A program made the position numbers and the translations under genes. Below, in pieces: positions 50,256-59,491 of a stretch of 64,000 bases of DNA; the stretch's first letter is position 1, and each line of letters begins with the position of its first letter. Origin of the DNA: Clostridiales bacterium (GTDB lineage Bacteria > Bacillota > Clostridia > Christensenellales > QALW01); the NCBI GenBank assembly GCA_015069575.1, contig SVIH01000007.1, forward strand, positions 13,925-77,924, read 5' to 3'. The notes below the pieces were generated by a model. That model searched no databases, was not told where the DNA came from, and saw only the letters and a list, made by a program, of their open reading frames with translations.

Positions 50256-50945
50256 ATGGAAAACAAACAAACGAAATCTTTTAGTTTAATGTTTTTAATA
50301 ACGACACCTAAACTTGAAGAAAAGGCTGAACATATTTTTAAAGAATTTCAGATTCCCCTACTTTATCGCTTTAACGCTGAAGGTACTGCTTCAAGCGAAA
50401 TTATGGATATGCTTGGGCTTGGCAGCATTGATAAATGTATATTTTTAAGTATGTTTGCAACGGAGCTTACAGGGCCCGTATTTGAAAAGCTTAAAGACGA
50501 TATGCCCCTTTACACAGTAAATAGCGGTATTGCTTTTACAATCCAATTAAACGGTGCAAACAATCTTACACTTAAAATGCTTACAAAAAATGCTGAAGAT
50601 AATGAATCAAAAACCGAAAGAAAGGTTGATTATGATATGACTGAACACAAACATGTTTTGATTACCGCAGTGGTTGACAGAGGCTTTAGTGGTGATGTTA
50701 TGGAAGCCGCAAAAGGCGCAGGTGCAAAAGGCGGAACGGTTATTTTAAGCCGCCGCATTGAAAACGATGAAGCAGTTGGCTTCTGGGGGCTTAGTGTGCA
50801 GGAAGAAAAAGAAATCGTTATGATTATCGCAAAAAGCGAAGATAAATTACCGATTATGCAAAGCATTTCTGACAAATGCGGTATGCACAGTGAAGCGAAA
50901 GGTTTGGTTATGTCATCACCTATTGATGCGGTTGTTGGTATGTAA
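50256..50945 (+). CDS. tandem P-II-like regulatory protein
   Basis: AEGTASSEIMDMLGLG...GIAFTI; VDRGFSGDVMEAAKGAGAKGGT; usual DUF1538 partner. Confidence 0.8.
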   Translation: MENKQTKSFSLMFLITTPKLEEKAEHIFKEFQIPLLYRFNAEGTASSEIMDMLGLGSIDKCIFLSMFATELTGPVFEKLKDDMPLYTVNSGIAFTIQLNGANNLTLKMLTKNAEDNESKTERKVDYDMTEHKHVLITAVVDRGFSGDVMEAAKGAGAKGGTVILSRRIENDEAVGFWGLSVQEEKEIVMIIAKSEDKLPIMQSISDKCGMHSEAKGLVMSSPIDAVVGM

Positions 50946-50960
50946 AATTTATATAAAAAT

Positions 50961-50989
50961 AAAGAGCCTAAGTTTTAGGCTCTTTTTTT
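50961..50989. terminator. bidirectional terminator
   Basis: aaagagcctaa-gtt-ttaggctcttt hairpin. Confidence 0.8.
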
Positions 50990-51006
50990 GTTGTTATTTT
51001 TGTTTA

Positions 51007-51042
51007 TTAGCCCTTCATTGCAACTTCACAAGCAACTGCAAC
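51007..51042. repeat. 36-bp direct repeat, left copy (att-like)
   Basis: ttagcccttcattgcaacttcacaagcaactgcaac, identical to 52872-52907. Confidence 0.95.
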
Positions 51043-51051
51043 AAATAAACG

Positions 51052-51330
51052 TTATTTATTGCGAATATCGTCAACGATTGATTGAATATGCGATTTTTGT
51101 TTTTCGGTCAAATTTGAAACGTCAATCGTTGAACGCTTATCAAGACCTAAAAGATAATCGGCACTAACTGAAAAAATAGTTGCTATTTTAACAAGCATAT
51201 CAATAGACGGCTGAATATTTCCATTTTCCCAATTACTAACACTTTGCTTGGTTACACTAAGTTTTTTTGCAAAATCTACCTGATTTAATCCTGTAGAAAT
51301 TCTTAATTCCTTTATTCTGCTCGAAAACAT
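51052..51330 (-). CDS. XRE family HTH regulator
   Basis: RIKELRISTGLNQVDFAKKLSVTKQSVSNWENG...VSADYLLG. Confidence 0.9.
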   Translation of the reverse strand: MFSSRIKELRISTGLNQVDFAKKLSVTKQSVSNWENGNIQPSIDMLVKIATIFSVSADYLLGLDKRSTIDVSNLTEKQKSHIQSIVDDIRNK

Positions 51331-51471
51331 TATCACTCACCGCCAATACAAATATTACAATACTATTGTATAAATATAGTTGACGAAATCAAAATACTAT
51401 AGTATATTATTATTTGACAATAATTTTAAATTATTATCACATTTTTTAAAAAATGAAAGGAGACACAAAAA

Positions 51472-51612
51472 ATGGAAACAAAAAAATGTGATTATTGTGG
51501 AAAGGAGTATGATATAAGTCTTTTTGAAACATTAGATAATGGTTCAGAAGCTTGCGCTAACTGTGTGCACGAGGAAGAAAAATGTAGAGAGAAGAAAACT
51601 ACGGAGAATTAA
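51472..51612 (+). CDS. 46-aa zinc-finger-like small protein (below the ORF-track cutoff)
   Basis: RBS aaggag; METKKCDYCGKEYDISLFETLDNGSEACANCVHEEEKCREKKTTEN with two CxxC motifs. Confidence 0.65.
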   Translation: METKKCDYCGKEYDISLFETLDNGSEACANCVHEEEKCREKKTTEN

Positions 51613-51662
51613 ATTTACGCAAAGTAAGTTTAAATAAATTTCAATTAACGGAGGAAAATAAA

Positions 51663-51896
51663 GTGAAAAAATTTTTTTGTGTGTTGTTTATCTTCGCCTT
51701 GCTTGGCTGTTTTGCCGCGTGCAGTGATTATGACGATGACTATAATTGTGGCAAAAGTGGAAACCAGTCTAGTTGTGGACACGTATCTTGTGCACAAAAT
51801 GGACCATTCTATTGTATGGGAAAAGATAATACCTGCCCAAATAGGACGTATTGTGCCTACGACATATATTGTGATGAATGTGATAAATATAATTAA
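51663..51896 (+). CDS. small Cys-rich putative lipoprotein
   Basis: RBS ggagg, GTG start, signal peptide with lipobox FAAC, then 8 further Cys. Confidence 0.65.
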   Translation: MKKFFCVLFIFALLGCFAACSDYDDDYNCGKSGNQSSCGHVSCAQNGPFYCMGKDNTCPNRTYCAYDIYCDECDKYN

Positions 51897-51946
51897 CTTT
51901 TATATTATTGATAAAGCTGACGAGCTAAAACGTAGAAAGGCAAAAT

Positions 51947-52768
51947 ATGAAAAACAAAATAATTGCAATCACAAGTATTCTCATTATTATGCTAGTAATA
52001 CTTTTTGTAAGTTATTCCTCTGCGGAAACTTCAAAAAAGTATGACTCAGCATGTCAATTAGCAAATAGTGGCTCCTATGATGAAGCTATTGCACTTTTCA
52101 AAGAATTAAATAATTACAGTGACTCTTCAATATACTTAAATGTTTTAATCTCAAGAAATAACGGAATTAACCAACGTGAAAGTGGCAGTTACGAAGCAGC
52201 AATTGAAACATTCAATTCAATTCTGGATTATTATGATGTTGATAAACAGTTACAGCAAACTTATTATGAGTATGCCGTAAAATTAGAAAACAACGGACAA
52301 TATATAGAAGCTAGCAAAAAATATAAACTGGCAAATGGTTATAAAGATAGTTCACAAAAATCAGCAGAATTGAATGCTTTGTATTCTTGGAAAGCTTCTA
52401 TAATTTTTTATCACGATGATGACGATACAAGAGATGAATACAACCATAGTGAGCTAAACATTTATGGACCTGTGTGGTACAAAGCAACTATTACAGGAGG
52501 AGAGCCTAACGCTTCAGTTAAAATTACACAAAAAATCTCGTTCCCCGATGGAGATGTGGATACAAAAGAAATAGGAACATATAAGAAAGGAAGCGTTATA
52601 AATAGAGGCTGGAGTTCTGGCATATACTTTAAACAAATTCTCACAGATGCAATGAATGGCAAAAACTCAAACATTAAAACAGGTCCGCTAACAATAACCT
52701 TAATGGACGAAAATGGCAACATCTTAGCCGAAGCTTCTGTACAATTAACAAAGAACGATAATCATTAA
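51947..52768 (+). CDS. membrane-anchored TPR-like protein
   Basis: N-terminal TM; repeats GSYDEAIALF..NYSDS, GSYEAAIETF, GQYIEASKKY..GYKDS. Confidence 0.65.
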   Translation: MKNKIIAITSILIIMLVILFVSYSSAETSKKYDSACQLANSGSYDEAIALFKELNNYSDSSIYLNVLISRNNGINQRESGSYEAAIETFNSILDYYDVDKQLQQTYYEYAVKLENNGQYIEASKKYKLANGYKDSSQKSAELNALYSWKASIIFYHDDDDTRDEYNHSELNIYGPVWYKATITGGEPNASVKITQKISFPDGDVDTKEIGTYKKGSVINRGWSSGIYFKQILTDAMNGKNSNIKTGPLTITLMDENGNILAEASVQLTKNDNH

Positions 52769-52813
52769 AGAAACAAATATTTCAGCAAAGTGTATAACTA
52801 TTTTTATTGAGTA

Positions 52814-52848
52814 TAAAAAAATCTCTCACTAAAAAGTGAGAGATTTTT
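52814..52848. terminator. bidirectional terminator
   Basis: aaaaatctctcact-aaaa-agtgagagattttt hairpin. Confidence 0.8.
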
Positions 52849-52871
52849 ATATTGTTGTTTGCAATAATATC

Positions 52872-52907
52872 TTAGCCCTTCATTGCAACTTCACAAGCAA
52901 CTGCAAC
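52872..52907. repeat. 36-bp direct repeat, right copy (last 11 codons plus stop of the GGGtGRT gene)
   Basis: Identical to 51007-51042. Confidence 0.95.
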
Positions 52908-53873
52908 TGCAACGGACATACCAACCATGGGGTTGTTACCTGCGCCGATTAAGCCCATCATCTCAACGTGAGCAGGAACTGAAGATGAACCTGCAAACTG
53001 AGCGTCACCGTGCATACGGCCCATAGTATCTGTCATACCATAGGATGCAGGACCTGCTGCAGCGTTATCGGGATGAAGTGTTCTACCTGTACCACCGCCT
53101 GAAGCAACGGAGAAATATTTTACGCCGTTTTCAATAGCCCACTTTTTGTATGTTCCTGCAACAGGATGCTGGAAGCGGGTGGGGTTAGTTGAGTTACCGG
53201 TAATGGAAACGCCAACTTTTTCTTTTCTCATAATAGCAACGCCTTCAGAAACGTCATTAGCACCATAGCACTTAACCTTTGCTCTATCGCCCTCAGAGAA
53301 AGCTTTCTCGTATACTGTTTCAAGCTCGCCTGTATAGTAATCGTACTTGGTTTCAACATAAGTAAAGCCGTTGATACGTGAAATGATATAAGCGGCATCC
53401 TTACCTAAACCGTTAAGAATAACGCGAAGGGGGTTCTTACGAACCTTGTTTGCATTAAGAGCAATTTTAATTGCGCCTTCAGCAGCTGCGAAACTTTCGT
53501 GACCTGCAAGGAAGCAGAAACATTCAGTTTCTTCTGATAAAAGCATTGATGCAAGATTACCGTGACCTAATCCAACTTTTCTTTGGTCAGCAACTGAACC
53601 AGGAATACAGAATGCCTGAAGTGCTACACCGATTTCTTTTGCAGCTTCAGCAGCTGTTTTGCAACCTTTTTTAAGTGCAAGAGCAGCACCTAAGGTGTAT
53701 GCCCAGCAAGCATTTTCAAAAGCGATAGGCTGAGTTTCTCTAACGATAGTTTCAGCGTCAACGCCCTTTGAAAGTGCAAAATCCTTTGCTTCGTCAAGAT
53801 CCTTAAATCCATATTCTTTAAGGACAACGTTAATCTGATCAATTCTTCTTGAATAACTTTCAAAATTTGCCAT
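52872..53873 (-). CDS. GGGtGRT protein
   Basis: Signature VASGGGTGRTLHPDN; AGHESFAAAEGA. Confidence 0.93.
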   Translation of the reverse strand: MANFESYSRRIDQINVVLKEYGFKDLDEAKDFALSKGVDAETIVRETQPIAFENACWAYTLGAALALKKGCKTAAEAAKEIGVALQAFCIPGSVADQRKVGLGHGNLASMLLSEETECFCFLAGHESFAAAEGAIKIALNANKVRKNPLRVILNGLGKDAAYIISRINGFTYVETKYDYYTGELETVYEKAFSEGDRAKVKCYGANDVSEGVAIMRKEKVGVSITGNSTNPTRFQHPVAGTYKKWAIENGVKYFSVASGGGTGRTLHPDNAAAGPASYGMTDTMGRMHGDAQFAGSSSVPAHVEMMGLIGAGNNPMVGMSVAVAVACEVAMKG

Positions 53874-53887
53874 ATTCTTCGTCCTCC

Positions 53888-54580
53888 TTATTTCTTTCTT
53901 GGATCTATAACAGTCTTTGCTTCAGCAAAACGACCGTATGTGCCGATATTCTTTTCGTAAGCTTCTTTAGGGTCAACACCCTTTTTGATAGCTTCCATCA
54001 TCTTGCCAAGGTGAACGAACTTATAACCGATAACTTCGCCATTCTCATCAAGACCCTGTTCTAAAATATAGCCTTCTGCCATTTCAAGATATCTTACGCC
54101 CTTTGCAGCGGTTGAATACATTGTACCAACCTGTGAACGAAGACCTTTACCTAAGTCCTCCATACCTGCGCCGATGGGAAGACCGCCTTCTGAGAAAGCC
54201 GTCTGTGTTCTGCCGTAAGCAATCTGAAGGAAAAGCTCACGCATTGCAACATTGATAGCATCACATACAAGGTCAGTATTAAGTGCTTCAAGAACGGTTT
54301 TACCGGGAAGAACTTCTGCTGCCATAGCTGCAGAGTGAGTCATACCTGAACAGCCAATTGTTTCAACAAGTGCTTCCTGAATGATACCTTCTTTAACGTT
54401 AAGAGTTAGCTTGCATGTGCCCTGCTGAGGTGCGCACCAACCGATACCATGTGTAAGACCGGAAATATCCTTAACTTCCTTTGAGGCAACCCAAGCGCCT
54501 TCTTCAGGAATAGGAGCGGGATCGTGCTTTGCACCTTTTGCAACACAAATCATTTCTTCAACTTCATGTGAGTATTGCAT
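53888..54580 (-). CDS. NifU/IscU-like Fe-S scaffold-type protein (GGGtGRT partner)
   Basis: GWCAPQQGTCKLTL, ETIGCSGMTHSA, LVCDAIN. Confidence 0.85.
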   Translation of the reverse strand: MQYSHEVEEMICVAKGAKHDPAPIPEEGAWVASKEVKDISGLTHGIGWCAPQQGTCKLTLNVKEGIIQEALVETIGCSGMTHSAAMAAEVLPGKTVLEALNTDLVCDAINVAMRELFLQIAYGRTQTAFSEGGLPIGAGMEDLGKGLRSQVGTMYSTAAKGVRYLEMAEGYILEQGLDENGEVIGYKFVHLGKMMEAIKKGVDPKEAYEKNIGTYGRFAEAKTVIDPRKK

Positions 54581-54755
54581 AAAATATATCCTCCTATATA
54601 TTATTTTCCCTAATATTATACAACATTTTGAAAAAATGGCAACAGGTTTGTACTATTTTTTGTTCTATTTGCATACAATTTTTTATAAAAAAATTTTTTT
54701 AGACATTTTATTAATATTATGGTATACTTTATGTAACTTTGTTGGAGGTGTTTTT

Positions 54756-55559
54756 ATGGAAATTTCATGGTGGAAATCCATTATTTTAGGTATAATTCAG
54801 GGGCTTGCAGAATTTTTACCTATTTCATCAAGCGGACATCTTGAACTTTTCGAACATATTCTTGGTGTTGAAGAAGTTCCCCGTTTGTTTGATGTTTGCT
54901 TACATATCGGAACGCTTTTAGCAGTTTTTATAATTTTTTGGAAAGATATCTGGTCTATTATTAAGCAACCTAAACAAAAATTAACATACATGATTATTGC
55001 GGCAACAATTCCTACTGTAATTATCGCTGTTTTATTGGAGGCACTTTTACCTGATACTTTTTCTTCTGCATTTTTAGGTTACGGTTTTATGATAACAGGT
55101 ATCCTGCTTTATACAATGGAACTTATATCTAAAAACTATGCAAAGAAAAATCTTGATGATATTTCATGGAAAGACGCTTCCCTTGTTGGTTGTGTTCAAG
55201 GTATTGCTACAATTTCAGGCATTTCACGCTCAGGCTCAACTATTGCCGGCGGCGTTTTCTTTGGAATGGACAGAAAGTTTTTAGCAAGGTTCTCTTTTTT
55301 GATGAGTATTCCTGCTATACTTGGCGCTTTCTGTTGGGATGTTTTAAAACTTATTTTAAAAGGTAATGATTCACAAGTTTCAATTTCATGGTTTTCAATT
55401 TTATTAGGAATGTTTGCAGCATTTGCTGTTGGTTTTTTAGCCATTAAATATATGCTTCATCTTATAAAGAACAAATCCTTTAAACCCTTTGCAATTTATA
55501 CATTTATTTTAGGATTTTTAGTTTGCCTTGATAAATTTGTTACCCACATAATTTTTTAA
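54756..55559 (+). CDS. uppP: undecaprenyl-diphosphate phosphatase
   Basis: GIIQGLAEFLPISSSGHL, GISRSGSTI, FSFLMSIPA. Confidence 0.95.
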   Translation: MEISWWKSIILGIIQGLAEFLPISSSGHLELFEHILGVEEVPRLFDVCLHIGTLLAVFIIFWKDIWSIIKQPKQKLTYMIIAATIPTVIIAVLLEALLPDTFSSAFLGYGFMITGILLYTMELISKNYAKKNLDDISWKDASLVGCVQGIATISGISRSGSTIAGGVFFGMDRKFLARFSFLMSIPAILGAFCWDVLKLILKGNDSQVSISWFSILLGMFAAFAVGFLAIKYMLHLIKNKSFKPFAIYTFILGFLVCLDKFVTHIIF

Positions 55560-55564
55560 TTGAA

Positions 55565-55594
55565 ATAAACCCGTTTTTTGCGGGTTTATTTTTT
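55565..55594 (+). terminator. terminator after uppP
   Basis: ataaacccg-ttttttg-cgggtttat followed by a T tract. Confidence 0.75.
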
Positions 55595-55746
55595 TATATT
55601 TTGTAAAAAATAAGTATTATACTATGTATTTTCTGACAAAATCAGTTGCCAAATTATGTTTTTTATTATATAATTCTATTGTGAAATTAAATTGGCGAGG
55701 TTTTGACTTTTGCCTTTGTTTAAATATTTTAAGGAGGTCACTAATA

Positions 55747-57522
55747 ATGACAAAAAATGTCAAGCTTTTAAGCTGGGTTGATGAAATGGCAGCCCTTACA
55801 AAACCAGAAAACATAATGTGGATTGATGGTAGCCACGAACAACTTGAAGCATTACGCAAAGAAGCTCTTGCAACAGGCGAACTTATTAAACTTAATGAAG
55901 AAAAACTTCCCGGATGTTATCTTCACCGTTCTGCACTTAATGACGTTGCTCGTGTTGAACAGCGTACTTTTATATGCACTTCAACTGAAGAAGGCGCAGG
56001 ACCTACAAATAACTGGATGGCTCCTTCTGAAGCATATGCTAAATTAGGCAGCCTTTTTGATGGTGCTATGAAGGGCCGTACAATGTACGTTATTCCCTAT
56101 TCAATGGGACCTGTTGGTTCAGAATTTTCAAAGATCGGTATTGAACTTACTGACTCTATTTACGTTGTAGTTTCAATGGCTATTATGACACGTATGGGTA
56201 AAGCCGTTCTTGATCAGCTTGGCGATGGTGACTTTGTTAAGGGTCTTCATTCAAAAGCACAACTTTCAGAAGAAGACAGATATATCTGCCATTTTCCTGA
56301 AGATAATGCTATCTGGTCAATTAACTCAGGCTACGGCGGAAACGTTCTTTTAGGTAAAAAGTGCTTTGCACTTCGTATTGCTTCCTACCTTGCAAACAAG
56401 GAAGGCTGGATGGCAGAACATATGCTTATTCTTGGTATTGAAAATCCCAAAGGTGAAGTTAAGTATATCGCTGCTGCATTCCCCTCTGCTTGCGGAAAAA
56501 CAAACCTTGCTATGCTTATTCCGCCTGAACTTTATAAGAAAGAAGGCTATAAGGTTTGGTGCGTAGGTGATGATATCGCATGGCTTCGTCAGGGTCCTGA
56601 TGGAAGACTTTGGGCTATTAACCCTGAAAATGGTTTCTTTGGCGTTGCACCCGGAACAAACGCACATTCAAACTTCAACGCTCTTGCAAGCACAACAAAG
56701 AATGCAATCTTTACAAATGTTGCACTTAATACTAATGATAATACAGTTTGGTGGGAAGGTATGACAGACGAAAAGCCTGAACACGCTATTGATTGGAAGG
56801 GTAACGAGTGGACTCCTGATATGTTTGATAAGAAGGATAAATCCACATATGCTGCACATCCAAATAGCCGTTTTACTGCTCCTGCTGAAAACTGCCCTTG
56901 CATTTCTTCTGAATTTAATTCAGGCGCAGGCGTTCCGATTTCCGCTATTATCTTTGGCGGACGCAGAGCAAAGACTGCCCCATTAGTATATCAATCAAGA
57001 GATTGGCAGCACGGTGTATTCGTAGGTTCAACAATGGCTAGTGAAACAACTGCCGCAGCTGCAGGTGCTGTTGGTGTTGTTCGCCGCGATCCTATGGCTA
57101 TGCTTCCCTTTATCGGCTATAATGCAAACGATTACTTTGCACATTGGCTTAACATGGGCAAGAAGCTTGGCGATAAGGCACCTAAGATCTTTAACGTAAA
57201 CTGGTTCAGAACTGATGATGAAGGTCATTTCATCTGGCCCGGATTTGGCGATAATATGCGTGTTCTTATGTGGATTCTTGGCCGTTGCGACGGTACTATG
57301 GATGCAGAAGAGACTGCTATCGGTTTCGTTCCTAAGGCAGAAGACATTAATATTGAAGGTCTTGACATTACACTTGATACTGTTAAGGATCTTTTAAATG
57401 TTGATACTCAGCTTTGGAAAGAAGAAACCGTTGGTATTGACGAATTCTATAATAAGCTTGGCAGAGTTCCTGAAGAACTTCAGGGTGAACTTAAAACTCT
57501 TAAAGCAAATCTTAACAAATAA
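55747..57522 (+). CDS. pckG: phosphoenolpyruvate carboxykinase (GTP)
   Basis: DVARVE, SGYGGNVLLGKKCFALR, FPSACGKTNLAM, VGDDIAW, AHPNSRF, VNWFR. Confidence 0.95.
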   Translation: MTKNVKLLSWVDEMAALTKPENIMWIDGSHEQLEALRKEALATGELIKLNEEKLPGCYLHRSALNDVARVEQRTFICTSTEEGAGPTNNWMAPSEAYAKLGSLFDGAMKGRTMYVIPYSMGPVGSEFSKIGIELTDSIYVVVSMAIMTRMGKAVLDQLGDGDFVKGLHSKAQLSEEDRYICHFPEDNAIWSINSGYGGNVLLGKKCFALRIASYLANKEGWMAEHMLILGIENPKGEVKYIAAAFPSACGKTNLAMLIPPELYKKEGYKVWCVGDDIAWLRQGPDGRLWAINPENGFFGVAPGTNAHSNFNALASTTKNAIFTNVALNTNDNTVWWEGMTDEKPEHAIDWKGNEWTPDMFDKKDKSTYAAHPNSRFTAPAENCPCISSEFNSGAGVPISAIIFGGRRAKTAPLVYQSRDWQHGVFVGSTMASETTAAAAGAVGVVRRDPMAMLPFIGYNANDYFAHWLNMGKKLGDKAPKIFNVNWFRTDDEGHFIWPGFGDNMRVLMWILGRCDGTMDAEETAIGFVPKAEDINIEGLDITLDTVKDLLNVDTQLWKEETVGIDEFYNKLGRVPEELQGELKTLKANLNK

Positions 57523-57535
57523 GATTCAGTAAAAT

Positions 57536-57572
57536 TAAAATCCCTTATTCAAAACGAATAAGGGATTTTTTT
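57536..57572. terminator. bidirectional terminator between pckG and sigH
   Basis: aaaatcccttattc-aaaac-gaataagggatttt hairpin. Confidence 0.8.
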
Positions 57573-58164
57573 ATTTGATATTTAGTTTAGATACTTTGAT
57601 GCGAATACGTTGCATAGCATTATTAACGCTTTTTTTGCTGATATTAAGTTTTTGTGCAATTTCATCGTAAGATTTATTCTGTAGAAACTCAGCCAAAATA
57701 CTTTTTTCTTTTTCAGAAAGTGCATCTACTATGTTTTTACTATCGTTTCGAATCTTTTCTGAAACAATAACTATTTTTTCAGGATCAGAAGAAAAATCTT
57801 CTATTGTTTCACCTAACGTTCTGCCTTCTTCATTGACAGGTTTGTTTAAAGAGACTGAAGTATTTAAAGGAATATTTTTTTTACGGTTTGCAGATTTTAC
57901 TGCCGAAAGAACGCGCCTTTTAATACACATTGATGCAAAGGCGGAAAAACTATCGTTCTTTTCACTGTTAAAATTCATTATTGCCCGATAAAGCCCTATC
58001 ATACCTTCCTGAATAATATCGTCCTTTGTACTTCCTATCATAAAAAACTTATTACAGATATTTTTAACAAGGAACTTATATTTATTTAAGAGAAGTTCTG
58101 ATGCACGCTTATCACCCATTTGTGATAAAAGGGCAAGTTGTTCATCAGTTACATTTATCTTCAA
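57571..58164 (-). CDS. sigH: RNA polymerase sigma-H-like factor
   Basis: DIIQEGMIGLYRAI, FASMCIKR, RKKNIPLN, KSVNNAMQRIR; lies after rlmB. Confidence 0.85.
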   Translation of the reverse strand: MKINVTDEQLALLSQMGDKRASELLLNKYKFLVKNICNKFFMIGSTKDDIIQEGMIGLYRAIMNFNSEKNDSFSAFASMCIKRRVLSAVKSANRKKNIPLNTSVSLNKPVNEEGRTLGETIEDFSSDPEKIVIVSEKIRNDSKNIVDALSEKEKSILAEFLQNKSYDEIAQKLNISKKSVNNAMQRIRIKVSKLNIK

Positions 58165-59045
58165 TTTTTTTCACCTTTTTGCCTTAAGCAATCGTAAATT
58201 AAGATACCTGCGGCAACAGAAGCATTTAAAGAATCAATTTTGCCAAGTTGTTGCATTGATATCAAACAATCACAATTACGCTTAACAAGTTGAGATAAAC
58301 CTTCCCCTTCAGCACCGATTACAAGAGCACAAGGGCCTGTCATATTAACACGCGCATAGTTTTTTCCTTCCATTGAAGCGCCATAGACCCAAATACCCTC
58401 TTTTTTAAGTTTTTCAATAACTTGCGAAATATTTGTAACGCGGGAAATTCGCATATATTCTATAGCGCCGGCTGAACATTTTGCAACAACAGGTGTAAGC
58501 CCTACTGCGCGGCGTTGCGGAATTATTACACCATGAACACCTGCACATTCGCATGTTCTTATTATAGCACCTAAATTTTGAGGATCGCATATGCCGTCAA
58601 GTATAACTATAAACGGATCTTCTTCTTTTTCTTTTGCATAATCAAGAATATCTTCAACTGTAACATATTCTTTAACTGCAACATAGGCAATTATTCCTTG
58701 ATGTGCACCTGTAATACTGATTCTGTCAAGGCGAGTTCGTTCTACTTCCTGAATTATTGCGCCGTTTGCTTTTGCATCATAAACGATTTCTTTTACAGAA
58801 CCTTGAATTTCTCCCTGTGCAACAAGTAATTTTTCAATGTGTCTGCCCGCTTTTAATGCTTCACGGATAGGATTTCTACCTTCAAGAATGTTTTCTGCGT
58901 TTTCATCTTTTTCTGCATCTTCGCGGTTTTCAAATCGTTTAACAGGTTTTTCATTCTGCGGCTTATTAAAACGCTTTTCCCCTTGCTTTTTAAAATTTGT
59001 GTTTTTTGGTTTATTGTATGTTTTTTTATCATCAAATCTTTTCAT
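58161..59045 (-). CDS. rlmB: 23S rRNA (Gm2251) methyltransferase, TrmH family
   Basis: EGRNPIREAL, HQGII, DPQNLGAIIR, GAEGEG, SLNASVA. Confidence 0.92.
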   Translation of the reverse strand: MKRFDDKKTYNKPKNTNFKKQGEKRFNKPQNEKPVKRFENREDAEKDENAENILEGRNPIREALKAGRHIEKLLVAQGEIQGSVKEIVYDAKANGAIIQEVERTRLDRISITGAHQGIIAYVAVKEYVTVEDILDYAKEKEEDPFIVILDGICDPQNLGAIIRTCECAGVHGVIIPQRRAVGLTPVVAKCSAGAIEYMRISRVTNISQVIEKLKKEGIWVYGASMEGKNYARVNMTGPCALVIGAEGEGLSQLVKRNCDCLISMQQLGKIDSLNASVAAGILIYDCLRQKGEKN

Positions 59046-59475
59046 TATCATTCTCCAATATAACTGCTATAAGTTCGTTTATTCTATGGTGTTTATTTAA
59101 AATATAAAGATATCCAAACAAGGCTTCCAATGCTGTTGCTATACGGTAATCATGAATATCTGCATTTTTGGGAACAGTGCCAGGATGTGAATTTCTGCCA
59201 CGCTTTGCTATATATTTTTCTTCTTCAGTAAGCATATCTTCAATTAAATAATAGGCTTTTCTTTGAGCCGAAGCACAAACGAGTTTTGCACTGTAAATAT
59301 GAAGCATATGTGGGCTTAAATCATGTGTTGCTACTATATGAGCGCGGATGTTAAGGCTATATGCTGCATCGCCAACAGAAGCCAATATCAATGGATTAAG
59401 TTGCCTGACTGCGTTTTCATTCTGCCCGAATTTTTTAAAAAGTTCACTTTCAACAAAGTTTTCTATATTTATCAT
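59032..59475 (-). CDS. mrnC: mini-ribonuclease III
   Basis: LASVGDA, KRGRNS, YRIATALEALFGYLY. Confidence 0.88.
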   Translation of the reverse strand: MINIENFVESELFKKFGQNENAVRQLNPLILASVGDAAYSLNIRAHIVATHDLSPHMLHIYSAKLVCASAQRKAYYLIEDMLTEEEKYIAKRGRNSHPGTVPKNADIHDYRIATALEALFGYLYILNKHHRINELIAVILENDNEKI

Positions 59476-59491
59476 TCCTTTATTTGTATGA

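Larger units (their letters stand above)
51007..52907. mobile_element. small integrated islet or element remnant inserted at the 3' end of the GGGtGRT gene
   Basis: Perfect 36-bp direct repeat at 51007-51042 and 52872-52907 enclosing an XRE gene and orphan ORFs; no integrase present. Confidence 0.65.

Noticed and set aside
51679-52044. 121-aa alternative-frame ORF
   Set aside because: It overlaps two better-supported ORFs and has no RBS.
51007-52907. Prophage, IS element or CRISPR interpretation of the 36-bp repeat
   Set aside because: There are only two copies 1.9 kb apart, matching a coding 3' end, with no cas, transposase, integrase or phage structural genes.
55692-55715. Small hairpin upstream of pckG as a riboswitch
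   Set aside because: It is a short imperfect stem with no recognisable aptamer or expression platform.
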